DNA of 63,983 nucleotides, filler included, from Vannella sp. (lineage: Eukaryota): assembly GCA_023345925.1 (NCBI GenBank). It is 7 parts of 7 records of this genome, joined end to end, with 100 filler letters (N's around TTAATTAATTAA, not from the genome) between each part and the next. Parts side by side here need not be neighbours in the genome. Positions count along the whole stretch, not along the records: positions 1 to 8,615 come from JAJQQN010001198.1; positions 8,716 to 21,926 come from JAJQQN010000561.1; 5 more parts are not named here. One strand, given 5' to 3'. The position numbers were made by a program, and so were the translations under genes. The notes under the pieces are model-generated. The model worked only from the letters and a program-made list of their open reading frames with translations, was not told where the DNA came from and ran no database searches. Numbering within the stretch: the stretch's first letter is position 1; the number at the start of each line of letters is the position of its first letter. Shown piece after piece: positions 1 through 11,700 of the stretch.

Positions 1-420
1 TCTGATTAGCTATCATCATCACCATGTGAGCCCCTGAGTGTCATCAGGGGACTCCCTCCTGCTTGTCTTCAGTCAGAAAGTGGAAGAAAAAGAGTTTTTG
101 CTCAAAAGAACGCTCATCATCCCCTCATCACCCTTCATCATCCGCTCATCATCCTTCATCATCGCTCTTCCAGACCACAAACATCTCATCTGAAGTCTCA
201 AGCGCGCCTGGGACTTGAAGGCGAAGCCCAACGCACAAGTTGACGTGGCAGTGAGTCGTTCTACTTTGTTGCCTTCAAAAGCACTTCAACACGCCATCAA
301 CCGCCTCATCCACTACACATTTGCATTCCTTCCACCCATTAGCATCGTCTAAGCCTTCTAAACGATGAAAGGAACGTTCATAGGACGAGATAGAACTCAT
401 TTTCGGGTGGCAGAGAGGAC

Positions 421-3400
421 ATGTTGGTCTTCCCTCCCCCTTTGGGGGCTCCTGTGGAGCAGTTCGTGAAGCAGTGTCAGTCTCTCATGAAGGGAGATGA
501 AGCGAGTCTTTCAGACAAGTTTTTGACGCTCTTAAGGAGCTCCCAAGCGCCTGTGAGTGGAAACGCCCGCGGGTTGCTCACCAATCTGGCTCAGTTTGCC
601 GAGAACAAGGTGCTTTCCGCTCTCTCTGATGCGTCAAAGTGCTACTAACGAGTGTTCTCTTTAATAGGAAGCCTTTCATGAGTTACAGCTCTTCTCCTAC
701 TTGGTGACAGCCTTGCAAACTCCCCCCACTCAGCTGGGGGCGATTGCTGGCCTTGGCAACCTCGTTTCTGATCACCCAGCGAACCAAAAGGCACTCTATG
801 AAACGGACTTCTTGTCTATTATTCAACCGCTGTTCAGTACGCTCTCTGGGGATGCAAAGGAGCAAACCCTTCGTGTGTTGATGCACCTTTCTCGCTGCCA
901 GGACAAGAACCAAGCACTGGTATGGTCCTTGACGTTAGTTTAAGCATATTTCTTATCTTAGGTGTGGTATAGGCCAAAGAGAAGGTACTTTTGAGGTCTA
1001 TTTACGGAGCTCTCCCACTTGCATCAACCAAAGAGTACACTCTGGTGGTCGAGTACTCGCTGTCGATTGGCCAAGGACTCTCAGAGAACGTATCGAATGG
1101 TGAATACTTGCTTCAAGCTGATTGTGGGAAGGAGCTGGCAGACTACGCCACATCTCCCATCCCCGCCCTCCGCATTTACAGTCTTAGCACCATCAGGCAG
1201 CTCTCTCAACACTCCCAACCATGGAGAGAAGCATTTATGACAGGAGGGAAAGCTGGTATCCCAGCAGAAGGCCTTCTACCAGCACTAATACCTCAAATTA
1301 AGTCTCAGAATGAGTCCATTAGTGTGCTTTCCCTTCAAATCATTCGCGCATTGTCAATCCAAAGCCCCAACACGACTGAAAATGACCAAAAGAACCTCTC
1401 TGCCTATGGTACTCACCTCATAAGTGCCTTAGTCACTCTCATTAAGCCTGGCGGTGGCTCACCCGCACAGAAGCGGAGCGCTTATGTGGCCCTCAGCACT
1501 CTACTGGAGTCAGAGAACATGCAAAAGACCTTTGGAAAAGAAAAGGGCGTTGACACTCTGGTAGAGCTCATTCTGGACCCGTCTGGGTCACCTGATGTGG
1601 TCCAATCAGCTGCAAGCCTTCTTGGGAACCTTTTGGATTCGAACGAGGAGATTTTGGACCAGTTCATTGAGCAGGGGTACTTAGAACGTATTGTCACAAC
1701 GGGAGGAGCAGTCCAAGACCCGCAAGTGGCAGCTGGCATTCTTGGGGTGTGTGCAAACATCCTCCTTTGCTCAGATGAGCTTCGTGAGCAGTTCTTTGCT
1801 TCTAGCAAGTGTTTAGACCAACTCTCTTCGTCGTTGAAGCACTCCAGTGAGCCTATCCAGAGATCAGCTCTCCGGTGCAGCATTAATTTGACTTTGGCGT
1901 ATCAGCACATTCCCCTGCTACTTCAGGGTAACCAACAGCTCCTCCCTTCTTTGAAGAGCACTTTGGCACAGAAGCCTTCTCTTCAAGGCTTGGCGCTATC
2001 GCTCATAGTCAATTTGAGCGCTCATGAGGAGTGCCAAGGGCAGTTGACCAGTGTGATGGGTCCACTCTCTTGGATTAATGGTTACCTCAAGGACTCTGAC
2101 GAATCCAAGGGGTTAGCTGGGTTGAAGATTCTTACCAACTACGCTGTAAGAGGTCGCAACCGCAAATGGCTTCACGAAGAGGGCAAAGCAACATTGAAGA
2201 TCCTACAAGACTGCAAAAATCTTCCTGGCCTGAAGGAACAGGCAGATTCGGCCTTGTGCAATCTCTCTTTCCCTTATGAAGATCACTACGACTCTGAGGC
2301 TGTTGAAAAGGCCAAGGAACTGCCTGAATACGTCGAAGATGAAGATTTCTCCGATGAGGAAGACGTGGAAGAGACGAAGGAGGTCGAAACTAGCCGAAGC
2401 ACTACTGCACCAGTTATCGTGCAACCAATCAGCCCTTCGGTGGAGAGAAAGAAAGCGGCTGAGGCGCAGCGCATCGAAAACGAGGCCAAAAAAGCTGAGG
2501 CTGAAGCGAGAAAGGCCGAATCTGAGGCTAAATCAAGAGCAATTGAGCTGGAAAGGGAGAAGAAAGAATTGGAAGAGCGTGCTGAAGCTCTCAGTCGCCA
2601 AAAGGAAGAGGCTATCTTGAAACAACAGCAAGAAGAGGCTCAAGAACAGGCTAAACAGGCCGAAGAAGCTTCTGCTAGGGAAGCACAAAGACTGGCAGAC
2701 GAGGCTGAAGTCGCTAAACTCAAGGCTGAATCAGAAGCTATTCGCCTACGCATGGAGAAGGAAGCAGCCGCCAAGCAGGCATTGTTGGACAAGGCGAACG
2801 CTCTCAAAACGGATGATAAGCAACAAACAGAGGCAGAGGAGTCTTCTCTGGCTGCTGCAAGGAGTGATCTAGAGGCTGGAAGGTCAGAACTTGAGGGACT
2901 CGAGAAAAAGCTAGTCATTGTGTCTTCTAAGAGAGAAGCTCGGCAGCGCAAAGTGACCAAAGTCTTGGACCGAACGCAGAAGTCCCAATCAAAGGTCAAT
3001 CGCAAGATGAAAGAATCGGTAGCGGAAGCTGATTCTTCCCCAGAAGTACTGAAGCAGAGGGAATTGGCCTCTCAAGCTCAGGAATCACAAAGTAAGCTTC
3101 GGCGTGCAGAGAAGAGAGAAAAGCAGCTTGATGTTGAAAGGGGAGCACTGCAAGTGTCCCTTATCGAGAGGGAAGCAGCCTTTGAATCCCTTCTATGTTC
3201 CACAGATGCTGCAAGGCGTGGGCGAGCTGAGGTGATTCGCAAGGCTGATCTTGAGTGTGGCCTGGATACTTCAAGCGACGATTCACAGTTGAAGCAACAC
3301 GAATCCCATTTGGCGCAGCTTAAGAAGCAACGTGAAGAGAGGGAAGCTAAAGCTATTGCAGAGGAGAAGGCCCGAGAAGAACATCGCCTAAAGTTCCTCA

Positions 3401-4686
3401 AAGAGAAAGAGGCTCTTCTCGCCAAAATCTCTGCCGAAGAAGCTGAGCAGGCGGTCACCAGAGAAAGATTTAAAGCGAATGCCGAAGCAGCTGCAAAAGC
3501 TCAAGCCGCCGCAGAAGCTCAGGCCGCCGCACTCGCTAAAGCTGAAGCTCAAACCGCAGCAATCGCAGAGGAAACCGCCAAGCAGCAGATTTCTCGTGAG
3601 ATCCCAATCGCCACTACTGCTAAGCCTTCTGAAGAAGCAGAAAAAAGAGCCAAGATGGTGGCTCGACGAACGAACATTGCTCGGGAGATTCTTGACACAG
3701 AGAGCAGTTACGTGGCAAGTCTACGAACTTTGGTTTGGAAGTTCCAGAAGCCTTTGCAACAAAGTACTTCACAGGGAGATGGCTGTCTTTCATCGGAAGA
3801 CATTCGAGTGATCTTCAGCAACGTTGAGATCATCTTGAACTTGAACAAGATATTGCTGGAAGGTGTCGAACAGCGTTTGCGGAACTGGACTGACGAACAG
3901 GCTCTGGGAGATATCTTCCTTCGGATGACTGACTTCCTCAGGATGTATGTAGATTATGTGAATAACTATGATGCTGCCATGGCCAGGATGATTCTATTCA
4001 AGAAGACTTCTCCAAACAAGGCGTTCCTCAAGTTCTTGGCAAAGACAGAGCGCGTACCAGCTTGCAAGGGGCTCTCCTTTGAGTCTTTCTTGATTATGCC
4101 GGTGCAGCGTGTCCCTCGATATGTGATGCTTCTCACTGACTTGCTCAACAATACTTGGCCAAGTCATCCGGATTATGCCGGGCTCACTGCTTCTCTGGAG
4201 AAGATGAAAAGTACAGGAGACTTCATTAATGAGAGCAAGCGCCAAGCTGAAGGGATGGATAAGATGAATCAGCTCTTCATGGGCTTGACCGGAAGTATTC
4301 CAGATCCTTTTATCATTCCGGCTCGCAGATTCGTCAAGGAGGGGACAGTGAAGCTATCTAATCGCAACGTCCGCCTCATTTTGTTGTCAGATTGTCTAAT
4401 GGTAGCTCTAACTGCCCGTCAGGGAGCATACCGAGTGAAAGCTACCCTCAGTTTGGAAGCATTGAGTATCAACAAGGACCCAAAGGATACTTTGAGGCTT
4501 GTAGCTCTTCCTTCAAACTCAATGCTGGGCTCCAAAGCCAAAAACCGTGGAAAGACATCCGAGTATCTTCTTCGATGCGAAACTCCGAAAGAGCAAGAAT
4601 CCTGGTTCACTGCCATTTACCAAGCCGCAGATGATCTCACCGCAGCAAACCATTCTTTCCGCAGGATCTCTTCCACTCACTCATAG
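421..4686 (+). CDS. ARM-repeat / coiled-coil / DH-PH Rho guanine nucleotide exchange factor
   Basis: Splicing GT-AG introns 610-667 and 920-972 joins ORFs 421, 701 and 991 in frame. The N-terminus has ARM-like helical repeats and the middle is an E/K/A-rich coiled coil. DH motifs EILDTESSYVASL and FLIMPVQRVPRY are followed by a PH domain (RRFVKEG...EQESWFTAI). Confidence 0.85.
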
Positions 4687-4809
4687 AAACTCTCTTTCTC
4701 ATGACTCTCTTAGCTCCTTTTGGTGACAGTTCGTATTTCTTCCTCATTCAGTCACTTTTGAAGTTAGTGTGGGTTTAGTTGGATTCATCAAGGTTCCAAA
4801 TGTCTTGAG

Positions 4810-6846
4810 CTACTGCTGCATCATTGCATTCAAGAGGACTGGGTAATTAGGAGATCCGACGCCAGAGACAGCATCCCATCCTGGAGTCGCGCCATATCCA
4901 ACGGTGGTGCAAGGGCGGGGTCCTGATTTCTCCGTTGTCTACGCTGGATTAGGAGTGGTTCATACTCTCGAAAGCACTGGTTCATACCGTGTTGTTACCC
5001 TCGGTAACGTCATGGGCAATGGACGGATTGACAGTGAAAGCTTGGTAAAGAGCGGGGTTAAGGAAGCCCAAAGGCTTCTTTCCAGCGTTCAAAAGGTTGT
5101 CATTGATCAAAGAGAAGAGCGCAGCGGTAGTAGGAGCACTTGCGGATGTTCTGTCGTAAAGTTAGATCTCTTCAAGATGGCTTGAATCCGAGAAGTGACT
5201 TGCTCACCCGTCAACAGCGCTTGAGAATCCTTTTTCTACGATCATATAGTGATGGGCGAGGGCAGTTATATCCGGATACGCACGACCAGCAGCGTTGAAG
5301 TCACTGGATGGGGGAATGAGTGGAGAGGTGGACAAGTAAGTCTTGACCTGAGCGGCTTGCCAAGCTGGAGTTGGGGCAACATCGGAGAATCCTCCTCCAC
5401 CAGTGATAAGAGCTTCTGGGACTTGGCTTACTACCTCAACACCACTTCCTGCACAGGTGACTCGCTCTTTTTGGCAGAAATAGGGCAGAGGAGATGGCAG
5501 CACAGAGGCTGAAGAGAACATTGTTCCTCCAACGGTCGTCACCCAAGGGCAGGCAGCTGGATATTCTGGCTGAATGGGCTGCACTGTATCTTTGCAATCA
5601 AGGTTCTGGTTTGTAGCGGCGCCAGCATCACCAGAGGCCACAAAGATGGAGATCCCAGTCATTCCCAATTTCTGCATTCCAGTGTTGGTTGCTTGGACAT
5701 AAGACGCGTTGGTTCCTCCCAATTGACTGCAAGGAGTGCCTCTCTTTGTGATAGAGCACTAGATGACTGTGAGATCTCACACTTATGCAAATTGAGGGAT
5801 TCAAACTCACTTGGTCCCCTTCTGACCAGCCATAGGAGATCGAGAACACCTTTGGAACGGGCAGGTTTGATGTAAGACGAGCCTGAATGAGCGTCGTGAA
5901 GTCGTAAATCCATCCATCTACTACAAAGAAGGAAGTCGGCACTCCAGGAGCCATGCTCATTATATACTGAACATCTAAAGTACTCTCTGCACTCCCGTTA
6001 GCTCTCAAAGGCACTACAAAGGAGTGCAAACGGACCCATATCAACAGGATCAATGAAATGGTACTTAAAGTTGCCCACAGTATAAGTCAGATTGGCGTTA
6101 ACATCTCCTCCCGTCAGATTCATGAATTTCTGTGCCTTCCTGAGTGCGCTGCCTCATGAAAAGTGATCCCTTACTTGCAAATCAGGGATAGACACTCCTG
6201 CAGAGCCTCCAAACTCGACTAACCCTTGCGAACTGGCGGGATTGCTCGCCACATAGTCACTGGGAACCCCATACTGGGCGCGGAGAGTTTGTGGAACAAC
6301 GTAGTACTTATCAACGTTCTCTGAACGGCTTCGTAGAGGGCGTGAAGGGTAGGGGAGGTTCGTAATTCCGGTGGCAAAGCTCACAAGATTGTGGAATGCC
6401 TCTGGGATGATAGGATGGGCCACAGCTCGATGTATAGCTTGGTAGTCACGGCGTGAGACATGCTGGAACTCGAAGAACTCCACTTGGAAGGCCGCCTCCA
6501 CCTCAGCAACGGATCCCTTCACCGCAATGAAGTCGCAATGGTCTTCTGTTTGAAGGCCTGAGGCGGTCAACCAACGCAGTAAGCGACGAACTTGAGTGGT
6601 TGAAGGACGGGTGATCTCATTCAGCTCTTCCATCGTTCGCCAATTGCGGAATTCAGGCGATCCGGGCGTGGATAAGCGCTCAGCGAGCTCATTCAAGACA
6701 TCCAAGTTTCGCAGCTTCAACGCCAGAGTGAATGTCACACTCTGACCAGCAGGAGACCTCTCTATCATCTCCCATTCCCCCAAAGGATACTCCGACACTG
6801 CCACCGCCACCAGAGCGACCAACAGCACACTCACCACAGAAAGCAT
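4810..6846 (-). CDS. Sedolisin / tripeptidyl-peptidase I family (S53) secreted serine peptidase, multi-exon
   Basis: Signal peptide and pro-domain (RLSTPGSPEFRNW). Catalytic motifs ESTLDVQY, ASGDAG, YPAACPWVTTVGGT, GRAYPDI, DGTSASAP and GWDAVSGVGSP are spread over several exons. Stop TAG at 4810-4812. Confidence 0.9.
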
Positions 6847-7028
6847 CAGATAAGTGGCTCCAGACCTCTTTCAAATCTTGAGCAATATGATTCTGTTCTG
6901 CTCAACCGAAAACAAACGCAGAAAATCGTTCGATTTTTTTCTTTCCGAAAAAAAAAAAAGAAAAAAAATCTTTTTTTTTTTCACTTTGGGGAACTGATTG
7001 TCAGGAAGGTGCAAGGTTCATTTATGAG

Positions 7029-8351
7029 ATGCAAGCTTCAGGAAACGAGTACTTTAAAAAGGGAGACTACGAAGCTGCAGCTCGTCAGTACCGCCTGGCA
7101 CTCCAAGAAGCGAAGGACGAGAAAGGGAGGGCCTCCTTGCAAAAGAACCTTGCGGCTTCCCTTTTCAAGATTGCAAACGAGAAAGAGGCCTCAAGCATCT
7201 CAACCGTTCAGTACTACCATATGGAGACCTTGCAATCAGCTTGTTGTGCTCTGGAGAGGGGGCTTGTTGGAGGTCAAACTGCGGAGTGGCTTTCTCATGC
7301 CTCAAACAAGATCCTTGAGTACGCTCTCGGCGCCATCTCGTTCATCGAACAGAAGACACCTGAGATGAGTGCAAGGCTACAATATCTGTCCCGTCTCATC
7401 CTTCAAGTATCCGACCAAGCCCCCCAAAGGGCTGGTGTTGTTGCTCTCTTTCGGTTGCAAGGGAGCAGATGGATCTTGAATGCTTCATTGATCGAGGAGC
7501 ATGAAGAGAATGCTCTTCAACGAAAGATATTGCTTGAAAGCGGACTCCAGGAGCTTCAAATGATGCGGGAATCCCTTCAAATGGCTGCTCAATATCCTCG
7601 TATGGCCCAATGCACTTGCGAAGAGGATGTTGCAGAGATGGAGGACTCTTATGAGGTTGAATTAGCTCACGCTCGATCTCTTTTAGCCCTCAATCGTGGC
7701 TTGCAGCTTCGCCGTGAGGCCATTGAAGATTCTGTTGATGTTCTAGTGGAACTGGCGTGGGATGCTGTTGATTCCTTTCATCAAGCCATTGAAGAATCTT
7801 CTGGTAAGTTACTCGAGTTGGAAGCGCATGCTGCTGTTGAAGCAGCGCTTCTCCTTAACAAACTGTTCAAGCAGAATGCCGCAGCTCGTAGGTACTTTGA
7901 CTACTTTGTGCAAGTGAGCAAGGCGCTGCCACAAGCAAAGATGCTGCGATGTGAATGGTGGAACAGAGGTCACCAAGGGTTACAGCAGTTGATTTATGAG
8001 ATGGAGATGGACAAGGAGGCTCCAATTAGAGCTGCTAAGCGCCCATACCTTGAGGAACTTGCCCCCCAACTTGCCGCGATTGAGGCCCAGGCTAAGAAAG
8101 GGACTAATTTCTTGATGCAACACTGCTGGACTCTCCATCCGGCCAATACCAATTACAAGATTCCGAAGCTGATCAAGGCAGACGAGTACAATCAGGTGCT
8201 GCGCAAGTTGGTAGTCTTTTACCACCCAGATAGGCATTCTGCTTTATGGGAAAGCCACGAGCCTGCCCAGCGTAAAAGATACGTCCTTTTGGAGGAGATC
8301 TCAAAGTTGATGAACCGAGCGTATAGCGACATCTCAACCTGCTCAGCGTAG
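7029..8351 (+). CDS. TPR-repeat protein with C-terminal J-domain-like (HPD) region
   Basis: N-terminal GNEYFKKGDYEAAARQY is a typical TPR. The C-terminal LRKLVVFYHPDRH...EEISKLMNRAY resembles J-domain helices II-III. Single 440-aa ORF. Confidence 0.65.
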   Translation: MQASGNEYFKKGDYEAAARQYRLALQEAKDEKGRASLQKNLAASLFKIANEKEASSISTVQYYHMETLQSACCALERGLVGGQTAEWLSHASNKILEYALGAISFIEQKTPEMSARLQYLSRLILQVSDQAPQRAGVVALFRLQGSRWILNASLIEEHEENALQRKILLESGLQELQMMRESLQMAAQYPRMAQCTCEEDVAEMEDSYEVELAHARSLLALNRGLQLRREAIEDSVDVLVELAWDAVDSFHQAIEESSGKLLELEAHAAVEAALLLNKLFKQNAAARRYFDYFVQVSKALPQAKMLRCEWWNRGHQGLQQLIYEMEMDKEAPIRAAKRPYLEELAPQLAAIEAQAKKGTNFLMQHCWTLHPANTNYKIPKLIKADEYNQVLRKLVVFYHPDRHSALWESHEPAQRKRYVLLEEISKLMNRAYSDISTCSA

Positions 8352-8615
8352 AGAGATTCTGATCCTCTCATATGGCACCTCTCCATACTCATCAGTCAAG
8401 AAACATTCTTTTTCTTTTGTCAGCCAATCCTGCACGCATTAAATGGCATGACGGTCAACGCAGACTTCCAAAAAGGGATTTTGTGCGCGCCAAAGTGGTC
8501 CTTTAACCCACTTGCGGCAGCTTGGAAGCAAAAGAAGCTGTGAGTCATTCGTTTTGGGTTGTGGCGAATTGAAGAGGGACAAGATGATACTCTTCTGAAG
8601 AGATTCAGAACGTTA

Positions 8616-8715
8616 NNNNNNNNNNNNNNNNNNNNNNNNNNNNNNNNNNNNNNNNNNNNTTAATTAATTAANNNNNNNNNNNNNNNNNNNNNNNNNNNNN
8701 NNNNNNNNNNNNNNN
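8616..8715. other. Artificial contig linker (N44-TTAATTAATTAA-N44)
   Basis: Identical 100-nt spacer with stops in all six frames, found six times in the window. Confidence 0.98.
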
Positions 8716-11700
8716 GTCTCTGGCTGCCACGCTCTGATGAAGGATGTTGGGCACCTTTGGCTGGACTATGCGCGATTGAGGGAGGAATTTAAGCGAGGAG
8801 TGGTGGTGAAGAACCGTAAGTACATGCTCAAGACCTACAAGAACTGCTTTGTAGGAGAGAAAGCGGTTCTTTGGTTGATCAGCAGCGGCTGGGCGAGGAA
8901 CTCTGAGGAAGCAGTAGAGATTGGCTGTATCCTGCAAAGAAGGTTGGTCTCTATGCTACTTGAGAAGAGGTACTAAGCACAGGATCAGGGGAGTCTTCGA
9001 TCATGTTACCCAAGCGCACACGTTCAAGGGCAAATACCTCTTCTACGAGTTCACGGTACGCTTCTCCATCTCGGTAGTCTCTTGAAAGGTATAGCTCACC
9101 TGTGTTGAAGGAGGAAAAGGAGTGCCAACGGTCACTGGGATTGCTTAAGTATCGATTCGAGGAGGTGCTGCAGATGTGAGGTCTCTGAAGAAGGGTTGAT
9201 ACGATGAACTGAACGCTTACTAGTGTTGAAAACGTCTCCTGGACCGCTACTGTTCGGGGGGTCTCTGGGGAACACCACAATCAGGTCCGCATCTTCCAAG
9301 CCTTTGAATCACTATCCTGCCCTCAGGAGGAGCTCAGACCGCTCGATCATCTTCTACGTACTGTTGCCCAGTCTCCACATCCTCAAATCGCTCGCCTTCT
9401 GTACTGGGAAGTGACCAACAGGGAGGCAGTCTTCGTTTATCCGGTTGCAGGAGGCCTTCCCATCTCCTTAGGACTCTCCCGCTTCTATCGCTTTCGTCAT
9501 CTGAAGGAAGAGTCTCCTCTGCTGCTCTACAATGCCATCAGAAGGACCACAGCACAGGTGATTGGGGCTCTTCTTCATCTTCATTCCCTCGGCATTGCGT
9601 ATGGGCGATTGGTACCGAGCAATATCCTCTTTGCAATGGACTCTGAGGACTGTTTGGACGTGCAACTGACTGGGGTTGGTTATTCCGTGGCTTCTCAGTG
9701 CTTCCAATCAGTGTACCGAAAGGATGGCAATGTTCTCCCTCCTGAGTCCAATCCGCTGAATACCCAAGACCCGAGTGAGCTTGCAGAAGAGGGCGCTTCT
9801 GTAACGGTCAAGAGCAACCTGTTCAGACACAAATCGAAGAGATTTGTTCCATCCGATGATGCCTGGGGAGTTGGCACTTTGCTTTACACCTTACTTTGCG
9901 GGGAGGTTCCTTTCCCTTGGGACTTGCGTGATCGCTATAATCTCATTGCCAGCGGGGTGCTTCCTAGTGGAATAGAAGGCTCAGTTTCATTGGGCTTGAT
10001 GACTCCAGAAGCAAAAGACCTGATCTCTCGTCTTTTGGAACTAGACATCAAGAACAGAATGACACTCGAGGAGGCCAGCCAACATACCTTCTTCAAGAGT
10101 CCTGATGATGAGGTGCTTGCGAGCGTCGAAAAGAATTGGGAAGAAGCGTCTTTGGATATCTGCCATCGCCATGAGCAGCTTTGGCCCACTTTTCATGAGA
10201 ATGGCTTATCATCTCCTGCTGAGTGTCCTGAGCCCTCCCTTCTCAGAGCCTGCTCTTCTCTGTCACATTTGACCTTTCCTTTCAAGAGCTTCACGAGTGA
10301 AGAAGCTAAGTGCGAGCAGGTGTTGCGGATAAGTGTAATCGGTTTGACTCCAGCATCGCTTGAGAGCTTCATGTCTCGCGCTGCCGCGGAAATTTACACA
10401 ACTGGCTCCCTTTCAGGAATTGTGGACAAACGAGCTCTTTTTCAAGAGTCGTTCTTGAGCCCAGTCTGCCGAGTGGGAGTAACAGAAATCAATGAGAACG
10501 CTTCTGTATTGAATCCTACCTGTGACTCGTTCGCGTTTGTGGGACCTCAGGAGCTTTATTGCACTTTCTCGGATAGATTGCTGCATTTTGTGCCCACTGA
10601 CGAAGATTGGCTCTCTTTCCGAAGCAGCGGGATAAGTAATCCTCCATTGTACCAGCTCCTCCGCGCATCTGTGCTTCTTTTTGCTGTACAAAAAGAGGAG
10701 GCATTAACTGCAGAGAAAGTGGTGTTAAAATTCCGGGAGATATTCAATTCATGTGACGCGTTGCCGAAGACCGTCCCGGTGATTATCTTGGCTGTAGGTT
10801 GGACTGAAACTGACCTGGGGGAGATGCAACGTGGTTTGGACACACATTCTCTACTCAGGATATTTAAGATTCTGCATTTTCCAACACTCACGGGGGATGT
10901 ATCACTCCTCGATTCAATCTCTCAGCTCATTTTTCTATCTTCGTCACGGATAGTCAGTCACTCTGCAGAAGACACTTCGCAAACCATTTTGGTGCACAAA
11001 GGGCGGATATCTCTTGACCTCTGGACTCCTGGAAGACACTCAAATGGCCAATTGGTTATCAATCTTCGGCAAGTACCGTCTCAGCTGTCATCGACATCAT
11101 TCAAAAGGATATTGAACGAGTTGACTGGAAAGTGCTCCAGAGAAGGTCAAATCTACTCTCTGTCTTTGCGTCATTGCGATTTGAATGATTCTCAGTGGAA
11201 AGGACTCTTGGAGGCGCTCCCAAAAGCCCTTGGCAGAGGTCTGACTCACTTACAATTCTCAGGATGTCCTCTTGGAGATAAGCGCGTGTCTGAGTTGGTC
11301 AATTTGATTTCCTCTTGCCCCGATTCTCTCATGTTTCTTATCCTCACTCAAGTGGGATGTGATGCTGGAGGAGCGTCCAGTATTGGCCATTATCTGAGTA
11401 AAAAAACATGTCTCCTCCGCGCCGTTGATCTGAGCGATAACCTCCTTGGCAAGACTGGAGCAACGGAAGTGCTCAGAGGCCTCACAGTGAACCACTCTGT
11501 TTGTTTTCTTCGGCTATTCAACACTGGTATGACCACAACGTGAGTCAATCTTTGTTCTGGAAGAAGGAATTGGGCTTACTAACACTACTTTCAGAGCTGG
11601 CCATGCTGTCGCAAAGATGATACGGCTGAATTGTTCCATTCAGCAGCTGGACATTGCACATAATCCGATAGATCAGTGGGGGCTAGTCGCCATCGAGTCT

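Noticed and set aside
610..972. Non-canonical or mobile (introner-like) introns
   Set aside because: All introns I could delimit are GT-AG and about 45-60 nt with CTAAC/CTGAC-like branch points. Donors are degenerate, but the introns show no sequence similarity to each other.
6933..6982. Poly-T/poly-A inverted tracts as a terminator or retroelement tail
   Set aside because: They lie between two divergent start codons and are best explained as an ordinary poly(dA:dT) promoter tract.
8616..8715. Recurrent TTAATTAATTAA flanked by N runs (six copies) as a biological repeat or CRISPR-like array
   Set aside because: Exact 100-nt artificial linker with six-frame stops. Genes are truncated at these points.
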